Source: Cystobasidiomycetes sp. EMM_F5 | Lineage: Eukaryota | Reading direction: 5' to 3' | Length of the DNA: 64,000 nt | Assembly: GCA_051047955.1 (NCBI GenBank) | Contig: JBPGPT010000025.1 | Location: forward strand, 124,001 to 188,000 | The notes under the pieces: model-generated | Databases searched by the model: none | Told to the model about the DNA's origin: nothing | Seen by the model: the letters and a program-made list of their open reading frames with translations, nothing else | Program-made: the position numbers and the translations under genes | Shown: positions 1 through 12,666 of the stretch, piece after piece | Numbering within the stretch: position 1 is the stretch's first letter | Layout: the number at the start of each line of letters is the position of its first letter

Positions 1-1447
1 GTCGAGACCTACAAAGTATGCTATAGCATCTGCCCAAATCGCGGGTTGTGAGGCTCGGAGCAACCCGGTCTTGCCTTCCACAATCGTTTCGAGCGGGCCT
101 CCAGAATTGCTAGCTATAATTGGGAGACCGCACCCCATAGCTTCTAGTGGCACGATACCCAAGTGCTCGAGCGAGGGAGTGTAGAGGAGGCATTTTGTGC
201 TTTCGGCTTGCATCAGTGCCACTTTCTGCTTGTTGGACAGATTTGTGAGGAACAGGACCTGGACGTCGCTGCCTAGCGATGTGGTGGAGTGAGACAGACC
301 GCGAACCTTGCAGATGCGTTGCAATTGTTGCAGTGTATCTACGCATGACTGGACACGCTCGTCGTAACCTCCGCCAATAATGAGCCGAGTATTTTCGGGT
401 ATTGCCTTCCTTTCGAGCGCTATCGCAAACGCCTCGATGGCCAAAAGGACATTTTTCTTGGCTTCGAAGCGGTTGATAGATAGTAGAGTGGGTCGATTGC
501 TGCTAGATGATTAGCATGCAGCATCTGGCAAGTTGCTTGCCTGTAATGTGAGCGGTAGCTTACCTTGCCAACTCATCGGCTTCGGCCGTGATGCCAAAAC
601 TCTTTGCATCGATACCGGGGTACACGATTTGTAGCTGGCGATGTACTTGCGGAAAGACCGATTTGAACATTGTAGCAGTAAAGTTGGAATTGACCAGGAT
701 ACGGTCAGCCTGTGCTGTTGCGCAGCGTTGTATGTTAGTTTGGCGTAAACGCAGCTGCATGACATCACCCCACAAGTCGTAGCCTCCTCGAGCGCGTCCA
801 CTGGCACACGGTATGCCATCCTCAGTAGGCTCCTTCGCCCTTGCCCCACCACGCCGCCGTCAAAGCCGCTGCGACCCGGCGAGAGGAGGAGATCCGGAAA
901 GTGGCAGTAAAAGACGACGCGGGTACGAGTAAACCATCGCAGGAGGGGAATGCACGCGGAAAGCTGGTCGACAACGTAAATGTCGGGCGGGGCAAAGCTT
1001 GCGGAGAACCAAGTCCTGTAGAGGAGGGTAAATGTGAGGTGGAGCTGCCGGAGGATGGCCAGCACGATATGGAAGCGGCCTCGGAGGGAGACTGGGAGAG
1101 CGTTGCCCAGGACCGTCACGCTCAGCGTTCCTGCGGTCAGATTGGGAGTAAATCAGCTGGCTTGCATACTCTTTCGCAACTTGGCTCACCGTCGTTGGTC
1201 TCCTCGAAACACCTCGACGGATCCCAATGGGACGTGTAGATGTCGACAGCATGCCCTAGATCCTGCAGACTGCACGCAGCATCGACGACGAGCCGCTCAG
1301 CTCCGCCTGGAGAATATGATAATCAGGAAATGGCCAGCAAGAACTCAGCAATGAGCCAGCTGAATATCCTTGGAAAGCTGCGACCAACGCACCGATACCC
1401 AGGTCGGGGTGGATCCAGCCTACTCGGAGCGGTCGCAGCTCCGACAT
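1..1447 (-). CDS. ALG2: Alpha-1,3/1,6-mannosyltransferase Alg2 (GT4), multi-exon, 3' end runs off the window
   Basis: Spliced translation gives [29 protein letters not shown]..., [49 protein letters not shown]. These are Alg2 signature segments, joined by GT-AG introns. Confidence 0.95.
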
Positions 1448-2208
1448 GGCTGGGGTATTAGGGCTGGAGCTGGTCGAAGAATGCATATAGCCCGTGACGA
1501 AACTGACATCGTTTGATTAGGCGACTGACTGCTGATGCCCGCTGTGGAAGCCGACTGGCTGACTATTCCCCACGCTTGTCGAATTGCTGCTCGTCCTCAC
1601 TGCCATGCCAATCTTGGTCGCAACTAACGTCTCAATATTGACAATCCCCGCAAAGGCTCGCTCTCGACAGACGTGCGATGTCAAAGCGTTGTGACTGATT
1701 CGGCATCTGAGCTCTTCATTGTTTAACGCTCGAGCTAGCCCGATATCGATGGACTGCTCTAAACAATGCCAGTGGAAATGCTGCTACAGCCCGGTAATCC
1801 GACACAGAAGCATGCCGCAAGTCGGCAACTACAACTCGCCAGTTGGGATCCTACCGAGCGATATCAAAGTTCAGGAAGCTCTGTCTCTGGGACAACCGAG
1901 GTGACAATTACAGGATCCCCCTGCCTCTGTCCATTACAGGCAGACTTCCCCCAGCTCCAGATTGTCTAGCCCTGCTGTCCTCTAGTCTTGTACGTATAGA
2001 AGAAAGATCCACGCTGCGTTGTCGTCGTAAATATGGCCCTCATCGATCTATCTGCGGATGCAAAATATATTGAATGACTATTACCAGGACATTCTTTAGC
2101 TCAAGACGACTGAAGAATCCTCGATGAACCATCAATTCAACGAGGCCAGCTGGCCGTACATGGGATAGCCTGCGCTCCAACGCAAATCAGAGCCAGCAAA
2201 CTGCGACA

Positions 2209-3736
2209 ATGGTGCCCTGGCGAGCGAGGATATCGATAAAGCACGTTGGGCTGGCGAGCCTCACTGTGCTTTTGACGCTCATCACCATCACAATGCACAT
2301 CTCGAGGACTCATCGTACAGAGGGTACGCCGCTCTACAAGTCAGCGTCAGCCGTCGTCTTTGCGGAACTCTTCAAACTGGTTGCATCTCTGGTCTTGTCG
2401 CTCGGCGAGTGCAGGCAGCACATCGAGCAGGGCAATGCATCAGCTTCGAGCATAGAAATGCGCAGACTCCTTCCCAACGACTCATTGGCAAGCGGGAGCG
2501 CAGAGAATGGTGGAAACGACCGCCGAAACAACGTCACTATCAACCTCGACCGATCTGAAGTTAACAACGAAATCGACCATGATGCTGCCCCATCGACGGG
2601 AAGCACTACGTTCCTTCGCCTTGTCCGTCAGATCTATCGGGAAACCTTCTCCTCCGACTGGTACATGGTCGCTCTTCCTGCCTTTCTATTCACCTGCCAG
2701 GGGAATCTAGCATACTACGCCAGCAGTAACCTAAGCGTGCCCATCTTTCAGGTCTCCTACCAATTGAAGGTAATGTCGTGTATTCTAAGGCATTTCTCCT
2801 GGACTGCTTGCCTAAGCCTCACACTTTCATCAGATCCCAATAACCGCAATATGTTCTGTGCTCATGTTGCAGAGGCAACTGTCAAAGACGCAGTGGTTCT
2901 CCATCGTCATGCTGGCTTCGGCCGTAGCACTCATTCAATGGGCCGACGGGCCTACGTCTACAGGAAAGGAAGCAGATCATACCGATATGAACCCTGTGGC
3001 AGGCTTTGCCGCAGTCTGTCTAGCGTGTCTTTCGAGCGGTTTCTCTAGCGTATTCTTCGAGCGGCAGCTCAAGCGTAATACGTCCACTGCGTCCCATAAC
3101 AGCACTTCGAAACTGCCAGCTCCCGGAATCTGGATCAGAAATGTACAATTATCCCTCTTTTCGCTCTTCTTTGGTAGTATCATCTACGTCTTCACGTCGC
3201 TCGACTCCCTCGGCGACATCTGCAAGGGCTTTACGCCCCTCGTCTGGATCGTTGTTGCACTCAGCGCCACCGCAGGATTAACGGCGGCCGTCGTCATGAA
3301 GTATGCAGACAATATCGCAAAAGCTTTTGCAGCGAGCTGCTCCATCATTTTGGGGTTTGCGCTCAGTATACCCATATTCCAATATACGGTAAAGCCGGGC
3401 GTCCTACTCGGGAGCGCGGCCGTCATCTGGGCTACCGTTTTATTTAGTGAGCCGCGTGACAGCTGGTTCATACCCTACATTCAGACTGATGTATACTACT
3501 ACGCGAATCACGTAGCCACTTCGTCCCTTCCCGCACAATATTCGCCCGCCAATGACACAGCTGCTGAGCCTTCGAAGGAGGAACACAGTTCATTACCGCC
3601 TTCACGACTATCGGAGTCGTCGATGCATCATCAGACTATACTGCTACGGCCTGAACCACGTCTCAGTGACTTTGCAGGCCTATCTGCAGACGGAGCTCGA
3701 AGGAGAAGCAGCTATGCAATCGCGATGGTCAGTTGA
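2209..3736 (+). CDS. Nucleotide-sugar transporter, SLC35A/Gms1-like (probable UDP-galactose transporter); one intron 2770-2833
   Basis: Motifs AVVFAELFKL, ALPAFLFTCQGNLAYYASSNL, FQVSYQLK|IPITA, CLSSGFSSVFFERQLK, IWIRNVQLSLFS and VMKYADNIAKAFA are typical of the UDP-Gal/CMP-sialic acid transporter family. Several hydrophobic helices are present. Confidence 0.9.
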
Positions 3737-4147
3737 CGAGCCATAGCGATGTATGGAGAGTCAGTACCGGTACGACAGGTGGGAATTACGACATAGATTA
3801 TGACATAGAGCGTCAGGGAACAACGAGAGCTTTCCGCATCTCATGTAGCAAATTGCGTTGTTATTGCCTGCGCGGCGAAGAGCCGTAATGCTAAAGCTGA
3901 ATTTATGCGATATGGCACATATATACGTGGCTTGCGATTGGATGCACATCATTACAGCGCGAATGGCTCTAGATTTCCCCGACTCGCTCGATGTTCTCGT
4001 GGTCGCGCTATGCTTGTCTTCGTAGCATGGTCGTTACTTCTGGTACTGCACCCTTTCGATGTCTAATCAACTGATAGTACACGGCAGCCGCCTATGCAAC
4101 CCTTTTCCCGATATCTGTCTCCACCCTCTCCCGGCGATGGAACATCC

Positions 4148-5448
4148 TCATTGCACAGTAATACCGTTCCATGCTCCCGCGGAGAAGGCCATGCCATTAT
4201 ACCGAAATTCTCCAAATACTTCAGAAGGCTGACCTTGGATGATGGAAGGAACAGCCACTTGCTGCACGAGAGGCGGAGAAACCGCGTAAGATTTGAGTCT
4301 GCCTTCCTGCACCATGTATGTGGTCACCGTGAGATCGATGGGGACTTGCAGGTTATTGGAGACCTCTTCGATAATCTTTGGCAGCGCGCTTTTGCGGATG
4401 ATGTAGCCTGCAAAGCTACAAACGGTGAGGCTAGGATCAGCCGCCGGGAAAGCAGTTCCGTTATGGAATGGGCTTACCCCACGGAAGTCCGCACGCGACT
4501 CACGAGCTCGCGGTCGTTGCGTTGATTTCCATCACTCCACCACTCCAACATGTTCAGCTGGCTGAGCATCAGGATATCCCAATCTTCTGGAACGATCCTC
4601 CACACCTCCTCCATGATTCTTCCTGCGTTGACGTTTATCTGCGAAGCGAAACAATAAGCCCCCTGCAATGCCAGGACCGCATGAGCATGCCCCACATCAA
4701 CATCGTCCTCTAGTACTAGGACACGCTCGTAGCCCTTGCGCACTGCGTCTTGCCAACTTTATAGAAGGCGTTAGACACTGAAACTCTCCACATTGCACAC
4801 CTGATGCAAGCGCACTTACATGCTCAAGTGACCCAAGAGGCAGGCCAAGGCGTATTTTGGTCGAATGCGATATCTTCGTCTGTGGTGTCGGGCTGCAAGA
4901 TGGTCATTGGCCGTTAATGATGCATCCATAGGCAGGGTACGTTTGCTTTCGCCGTCATGTTCGTCCGAGATGGAAGACGAGAATGCGTTGCGATACGTTT
5001 GGTTGAAGCTCTCTGACTTGATGTCAGGACCCCAGTGTGCAGTAAAGTCGATGCCGCCGTACTGCAGCATTTTCGTCATTTCCCGCAGACGGTCTGCGCT
5101 TGCTGTTAAGACCTAGAATGCGAAGGAGGTACGGCTAAGTGAGTATACTGTCGTTGAGACCGATGCCGCGAGGACATTCAGCGTACGTAAACATGCGATG
5201 CCCCGAATGTCTCTCGCTTCGGAGGCCGAGTAGACAGAGCAAGGAGCTTCTCCAGCGATATGTCGGGGACAGCTTGCTTGATAGTCGCTGCATTCGGCCA
5301 GGCGAGCAACAGCATGCCTGTGAGTGAAGGTGGGAAACCATTCGGATACTGTCCAGAATCACTGAATTTACAGACACGCACCGACCAGACATGCTGCTGC
5401 AGCTACAATCCTGACTACAGCCGGCTGCTGGCTCTTGAGCTGCAGCAT
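4148..5448 (-). CDS. GT25-like glycosyltransferase, paralogue 1 (type II membrane protein, about 6 exons)
   Basis: Reconstructed as MLQLKSQQPAVVRIVAAACLVG|MLLLAW...FGASHVY|VLTASADRLREMTKML...YALACLLGH...VLVLEDDVD...WDILML...FAGYIIRKSALPKII...PIDL...YNGMAFSAGAWNGITVQ*. C-x-x-x-H, LEDD, AY-x-x-x-x-x-x-x-K-I-I and PID match GT25 (LgtB/COLGALT) motifs. Confidence 0.8.
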
Positions 5449-5956
5449 GACTACAGGTTGCGAGCTCCTTGATCGTCAGGCACTGACTGCCCGTCAGCTG
5501 TGCCCTGTGGCCATGTCAGAGGTTGGACATCCAAATGCAGGTTGTTCGATAGAACGCTGTAGCTTTATACTCGGTGATTGTATTACACGCTGCGCCTCAA
5601 TGCCTGCTCGCTCAGGAAAAGCTTCCTTCCGTTTCAGGCTAAAGGCCAGTCCCGCATTATACTTCCTTCCGCAACGAGATCCGGAAGCAACCAGCAGCCA
5701 AATCCGTTCACTCTCGCCAAGCTGCCCTGGTATGCCGAGAACCTGACAGCGACTGATCAAATATCGCAGCTGCAATGAGCTAGCTCTGACATGACAAAAT
5801 TCTCGCTTTCCTTCTAGCTGGAGGCCGCAGTGCTTTTCGCCTCCAAACTCTGCAGGATCCTGTAACTCCGGCGTTCATGTACATATCGATGTTCACCTGG
5901 CTCTGGCCGACCAAGTAGTACAATCCAGCCTCCAGCCTCATTATCGCTCCAAGAGT

Positions 5957-7221
5957 ATGCTCGAAAGGCGAGTCGCCGTTTGGGCGAAGGTGTCGGCCGG
6001 CCTAGTCTGCACGTGTGGTAAGACGAATCTCCGCAAACCGTGTAAAGACCGCTAATGATGGCGTCTGCTGATGCAAAGGGCTCATACTACTCACAAATCC
6101 CTACTCACCGTCGGAACTATCGCGAGCAGCAGTTTCGTCCACTAGTCGCTATTGGCAGCGCGCGAGCCGCCAAACTGGAACTCAGCTCGGAGTTTCCCAT
6201 ACATATGTCTTGACAGCGTCACAAGCACGGCTGAATGAGGCCACAACGATGCTCAATTACGCTGGTATCGACTTTACTCCCATCTGGGGTCCCGACGTTT
6301 GGTCCCAGGCCTTCAACGAGACGTATCGCAGCGTCTTTCCGGACAAGGGTGATCTCGCCGAAATCGTGCACTGGAAGAAGCGGGATGCAGAAGAGGTAGA
6401 AAAAGCAGAGGATGCACAAGCGCGCCTGGCTGGCGATGGGAATCCTGTGGAAAGTCTGGCCGCAGTAAGCAGTCGAGAGCAACATTCAAAGCTGTTCAAG
6501 CGGAAATATACTCTTCGGTACCGATACGCGCTGGCTTGCCTACTCGGTCACCGAGCAGTGTACGCCGGTTCTCTTATTTTGAGACTGTATTCTGGCTGAC
6601 TCGCTTTGAGGCTCGGCCAGCTGGGAAGACGCGCTTCGAAACAATTACGATCGGGTTTTAGTACTTGAGGATGATGTTGACGTAAGTCTTCGAATAAAGA
6701 ATGCAGCACAGGCCCACTGATCGATCTGATTCACTTTCCGACAGCTGAGCTTCAGCATAGGACCAGTCATGGATGAAGTCTGGCAACAGATTCCCGACGA
6801 CTGGGATTTGATCACTCTTGGCTTCGCAAGGGACCGCCATTGGTGGGATGACAAAGAGCCGCAAAAGCGTCAAGTTGTCGGGCGAATGGCCAAGACTTGG
6901 GGGTAAGGTAGCTTCATTTCGACTGCAACGCGTTCTCTAATGCTTGCACTTGCAAGAACGTTGGCATATATCGTTCGCGCAAGCACGTTGCCCAAGATAC
7001 TGCAAGCCACCGCCGAGAACTTGCAAGATCCGGTTGACTTGACCATTACTTGGAAAATGCCAGAGGCTCTGAAGATAAAGCTGTATGGGGTGTGGCCTCT
7101 GCAAGCGCAGCAGCTTCCCGTACAGTCCATCATTCAGAATCAACCTACAGACGCCGTCGCAGAATTTGGCTACAATGGGCTGGCATTTGCATCTGGCGCG
7201 TGGAAAAGCGTCACGCCTTGA
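5957..7221 (+). CDS. GT25-like glycosyltransferase, paralogue 2 (5 exons)
   Basis: MLERRVAVWAKVSAGLVCTCG|LILLTNP...LGVSHTYVLTASQARLNEATTML...YALACLLGHRAV|WEDA...VLVLEDDVD|...WDLITLG...TLAYIVRASTLPKIL...PVDL...FGYNGLAFASGAWKSVTP*. Confidence 0.8.
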
Positions 7222-7704
7222 TAGATTGTCACCCTTCTGCGTCCCTGCAGTATGGATTGGAAGTGGTGCAGAATAAGGGTTAGTCTTGGCGGTTATGTCA
7301 ATGCATAGGTCCTCAGCTCAACAGCTCGTTCGATATGACCCGTAAGGTAGTAAAATAATGACACGCTGAAGTTCAGCTTTCACGATAAGAATAGGCTATT
7401 AGTGCAGAGATGTATCGGGTAGCGCAATAATTGTCTACTAATAACCCGCTGCGTGTGCGATCTCTCTTGTGCGTGCTCCGTAGTGTCAGTGGACGTGCTC
7501 CGGTCTATCGCATCGTTTCGTCCCAATATTAGACCTATGAAATTTGCTTCCTTACTGGCTGATCAAAAGCTAGGGACCGACCCCATCAAAAGTTGCCGAC
7601 GCCTGCTTGTACGTGTACGTGGGGGCTTGATCCAGTCTTGTCTATACTGCGCATACTCGTTGTGCCGTCAGTGCACATTGCGAGTATCGTCCGTGGGTCT
7701 CCAC

Positions 7705-8943
7705 ATGAAGGAGTTCCGCTCAAAAACCCCTTGGGGCAGCGGCAAGGTCACGTTGGCGGCGTGTGGCTCCGTCTTTGGTGGGGATGAACATTGATTATTG
7801 CGCCGCTATTGGGGCCCAGCTGAGCAAGGAATGTTTCCAGCAATGCTGCTCATCTTGACAACCCATAACCAAAGATTCGTGTTGCGGGAAGACGGCGAGG
7901 CTTCGATTGCGCCTTTGGCAGACATCAGCGCAACGAGGAACCCGCTCGGCGCATCACACGCATACGTTCTCACTGCCAATGAGCTCCGACTGAAAGAAAT
8001 GACGACAATGCTCGACTATGCCGGAATCGAATTCACTCCACACCTGGGACCCAATGTATGGTCCGGAGAATTCAATGAAACCTACCACAAAGTGTTTCCG
8101 GACAGCAGCGACGATGACTTCATCTATTACGACGGGAGGAGAGATTTGTCGCACGTTGAACGCGATCCATCTTCACAACAAAGAAGAAGTATACCTCAGC
8201 ACGATAAACGAGCCTACAGGCGGCGATTTCGCTATGCCCTCGCATGTCTGCTTGGACACCGCGGCATGTAAGCTTGAGCACCGCTAGTCGTAATTTCTGG
8301 CTGAGACATACCGGTTCTAGTTGGCAGGATGCTCTTGCCCGGCAACATGACTCAATTCTAGTGTTCGAAGACGACATTGATGTGAGTATAAGCGAGGCCT
8401 TGCTGTCGATACCGTTACCCCTTCGCGCTCTGACAAGAAGTTAATAACGCCAGATCAACGTCAACATCGCCAGAATCATGGAGGATGTTTGGCAGCGAAT
8501 ACCCGACGACTGGGATCTTCTCTTGTTAGGACACGATCGGATGCGGCACTGGTGGGGCGACGAGGAGCCACAGGAGTTCGACCTCTTTGGGCGTCTTGAC
8601 AATACGTATGGGTAAGGCATCGCTTTTTATGTGTTTCCACAACCTTTGCTGACCATTGTGCGACTCTTCGTTTAGCATGTTTGCCTACTTCGTACGCGGC
8701 CGCGCGCTGCCTTCATTATTGCAAGGAACGTCCGAAAAAATGTCTGATCCCATCGATCAAACGGTTACATGGGATATGGCACTCGAAAAGAAAATCGTCA
8801 TGTATGGCGCATGGCCAGTATTGGCATATCAGCTGCCCGTGCCATCATTGATCCAGGACAGATTGACGGACACTGCGGGAGGGTTCGGATACAACGGCAT
8901 GGCGTTCTCGTCTGGAGCTTGGAACCGAGTTACTGTGAGCTGA
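7705..8943 (+). CDS. GT25-like glycosyltransferase, paralogue 3 (5 exons)
   Basis: MKEFRSKTPWGSGKVTLAACGSVFA|MLLILTT...LGASHAYVLTANELRLKEMTTML...YALACLLGHRG|...ILVFEDDID|...WDLLLLG...MFAYFVRGRALPSLL...PIDQ...FGYNGMAFSSGAWNRVTVS*. Confidence 0.8.
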
Positions 8944-10086
8944 AACAAGTGGGACATCACCTACGAGGTAAAGTCGCAGTCATGAGTGAAGTAAGTAGTA
9001 GATCAGTAGTAGTGGCATTTTCGTTATGTATACGTCTGTCGCCTGCGGGATCAAGAGGCATAAAGAGCATTCCTACCATTATATGTACACAGTATGGCTT
9101 CAAGGGTATCTGCGTGCAAAGGGAGGCAGCAACAGAATGCCGCAGATTGCGCAGTGTTCAGTATACCGAGCGCTGAGTTGCATCTCGGGTGGCTCCGTCT
9201 TTCTGCTTTAGTTACTGCTTCGATCCCCTCACCTTCGAGCGCACGGGCCTCCGGTGACGTCAGTGTAAGAAATTGCCATAGACGAATCCATGTCGAGAAC
9301 GACGAGTGTAATTGACAACAGCGAGTGGACGTCTGCTGAAAGCCGATGCAACATCAGTCAGCCAAAGCAATATCAGCCGGATGCAACATGAGCTTCGGTT
9401 ACCAAAGCGCATCAGCTACCGCCTCCGCGGATCCGTAGTATCTGTTTCGCTACAACGCCTGCTGTGTTGCAGGTAATGTCCGCAAAGTTATCAGATACAT
9501 TGGCTTTTTTCTTTGATTTTATATGTGGTGTATGGGCCGGTTGAGCAGCCGAGTGAGGAGTAAGAGATCATGTGCTGGTTGAGCAGCAGCGATATGGGAG
9601 CCGTATTGATGTTGAACTATACGGGAAGCGGCAGGAACATGGAAGGCGCCGTAAGATAGGAACGTAGGTGCGGAATTTCGGTGAGGGCAGGGAGGGCAGG
9701 AACATTCGATGTTGGACATACAGCGCTACTGATGTTGATGAACCATACAGTCCATGGAGGCTTGATAGCGTGGTTCAATAGATGTCTGTAAAGAATGTCT
9801 CAAGTTAAGAGTAAAGGGTTGCGAGAAAGCTCTTCAGGGCTGCTGCTCCTGAAAAGGGGGATGTCAAGGGACGTCGGTGAAAATGATGACTGGGAGGAGG
9901 TATTGAGGTTGGAAGAGACGGGGTAACGGCCTCGAGAGCTAGACATTGTTACGAGATATGTGCGTACATGAGTCGGTGTCTTCCTCGAAGGGTCTTCAGA
10001 CGTGGAGGCGGACAAGCCTCAGCCTAGAGGACATAGGTGGAGATGAGAGGGTGAGCTGGGATGGTAGTTGTGCGACTGCAGTCCAT

Positions 10087-12159
10087 TCACTGCTGTGGAG
10101 GTCCGCCACGACCTCTTCCTCCTCTACCTCGACCACGTTCGCCTCCTCGATAGCCACCCCGTATGCTCTGACCGGCTGGCGCTTCTGCGAATTGCATCAT
10201 TCGCTGTGTAGGAGGCAGGACGGGTGCGTTCTGCTGGTATGAGGGTGGTGCTGGCCTGCTGTTGCCATGTTGCACACCATTGCCCTGGGCAGGCTGATTC
10301 GACCGTTGTGGGTTTGTTTGCTGACTTCCACCTTGTTGCACTGACGATTGTTGAATATGGGGCGGAGCAGGTCCTGCCGTTGGCGTGGGGTTGTCCAGGC
10401 CGGGTGCAACATACAATGACCGATCAAAAGTTTCAGGAATGGGGGCAATTTCGGTGCCCAGCTCTTGTTCGATCTTATACAGATTGAAGCGATCCTCGTA
10501 GGTAATGAGGTTAATGGCTAGACCGAGATGCCCATACCGTCCAGAACGACCGATACGATGCAAGTAGGTCTCTGCATTCTTGGGAAAATCAAAATTGATG
10601 ACGACGTTGACGGCTTGAATGTCGATACCACGGGTTAAGAGATCGGAACAGACGAGGTTGCGGCACACTCCGCTGCGAAAGTCGTGGAAGACGCGGTTAC
10701 GGTGCGCTTGAAGCATCTTTGCATGCGAGTAGAAGCAAGAGTAGCCGAGCTCTGTGATCTTCTTGGCCAGTAACTCCACTCGATTAGTGGAGTTGCAGAA
10801 GATAATAGACTGGTTGATCTGGAGCTATAGATGCCCGTACAAATCAGCGAAGTGCACTTTTATTGGTATCGATCAGAGAGCACAGACCTTTGAAAACAGG
10901 GTGTTCAGGCAATGAACTTTGGATTTTTCTTCGAGGAATGCGTAATATTGCGTGACACCGCGGAGAGTAAGCTCGTCCATTAGATTTATCTCGTACGGCT
11001 TGACAAGGTGTTTGTCCTACGGAGAAACAATACATTAATCTAGAGTGATCGGCTCTGCGCCGCCGCCGAACTGACCTTGAAGTCCTTTACAATGAGCGGA
11101 AAGGTAGCGGAGAAGAGCATGAGTTGACGTTCTTTGGGCAGGAAAGCGAGGAGCTGTTCAATAACAATGGTGAATTCGGGAGATAAGAGTTTATCGGCTT
11201 CGTCCATGACAAACATGGAGCAGCTGGACAGGTCTGCAATGCCTTTACCAGCTAGATCGAGTATTCGACCCGGTGTTCCCACCAGGATTTGCACGGGTTG
11301 CGAGAGACGTAAAATGTCATCTCTCAAAGTTGTTCCGCCTGTTGTAACCATGACTTCCGCTCCAACATGCTTGCCGAGCGTTTTGCAGACTTGCGATGTT
11401 TGTAACGCTAATTCTCTGGTAGGGACGAGTAGTAACGCTTGGATCTTGTTGATCTTGGGATTGACTTTTTCGAGGGTAGGAATGACGAAAGCTGCAGTTT
11501 TACCAGTACCCTGCAAGTCCGAGGTACGTATCATTAACGGTGCCGTTAGCATAACACATAAAGGGCGACATGTCTGTCTGCGTACATTCTTTGCGCGTGC
11601 TAAGATGTCTCGCCCTGCCAGTGCAATAGGGATAGCTTCCTCTTGTATGGGCGACGGACGTTCGAACTTTGCGGTAGGATGTGAGCATCTACTGACAAGG
11701 CCTTTTCGGCATTGCGTGTCCGACACTCACTCCAGTTTCAAAAATGCCCATCAGTAGTTCCTGTTTTTGCATGTCAGTCCAGTCCAAACCAGACAGACTG
11801 TTATATCTCAAGCAGCGTTGGATCTACTCACTCTCTTCAAGAAGTAGTCTTCGAAGTCGTTTCCCTTGGTCTTTGTCACATCCTGCAGGGTAAAGGTCCC
11901 ATCGATCAGTTGCCTGTCGAGGGGCCGGAATCGCAACTGACTTCTGTCTGCGGCCGGTTATCTTTTGGCGGGAGGCTGAGGTTGTTTTTCCAGTCTTGCT
12001 GGCTGTATATATGGCATATTTATGGGCGACACCGTTTAAAAGGGTCAGATTGGCCAATACTCTCCCACCCGCAGCCTGGGCCCAGCCGCACCTCGGTCCA
12101 GCACTGCTCGTGCTCGCTGTCGCTCCAGAGTGCTGCTGCGACGCTATTGCGGCGGCCAT
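10087..12159 (-). CDS. DHH1: DEAD-box RNA helicase Dhh1/DDX6, multi-exon
   Basis: [60 protein letters not shown], and a Q-rich/RGG C-terminal tail. Confidence 0.97.
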
Positions 12160-12666
12160 ATCGTTTCTTTTCGTCTTTTCAAAGACCTTTCAAATTGGAC
12201 GGCCAGGACCGTACGAGCGGTGATTGACGCAGAGTAATGCAAGGCTGAGATGCGATATAAAGGTTACTCGACGTTTAGATGAGGCACCTGTTGCTTTATC
12301 GTCAGACAATAGCCAGACGAGGTCTCAATCCAGACAAGGGGACAGACGGCGAAGCGATGGTCGCGGTGTTGAGTGGGGTGCTCGTTGCCTGAATGTATCG
12401 TGTGAGGCTGGCAGCTTATCCCAAGGGTGGGTTTGTGTCCTAATTGGCCGGTTGGTTGGGTTGCAAGATGATGGTGACCGTCAAATGCCAAACTACGCAA
12501 AAGTCTAGCTTGATTCGAGTTTCATATTGGATTCCGTTTGGCTGGTTATGTCTACAGTCTATCTAGCTAATCGATACAGGGTGGTGCGCACTGAATAAAT
12601 CATCATTGTCCGTTCGATTTGGTCGTTTAAAAGTGGAGATACTTCTCAGTATACCAGCCGCATCCC

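Noticed and set aside
5494..5775. 93-aa ORF as a possible first exon of GT25 paralogue 1
   Set aside because: The ATG at 5448 gives an anchor and intron pattern matching the other two paralogues, so this ORF is more likely promoter sequence.
10087..10420. Q-rich and RGG tail of Dhh1 (also the Q/P-rich Sec24 N-terminus)
   Set aside because: Low-complexity tails are an established feature of these families.
11134..11757. 207-aa plus-strand ORF
   Set aside because: Antisense to conserved DHH1 exons.
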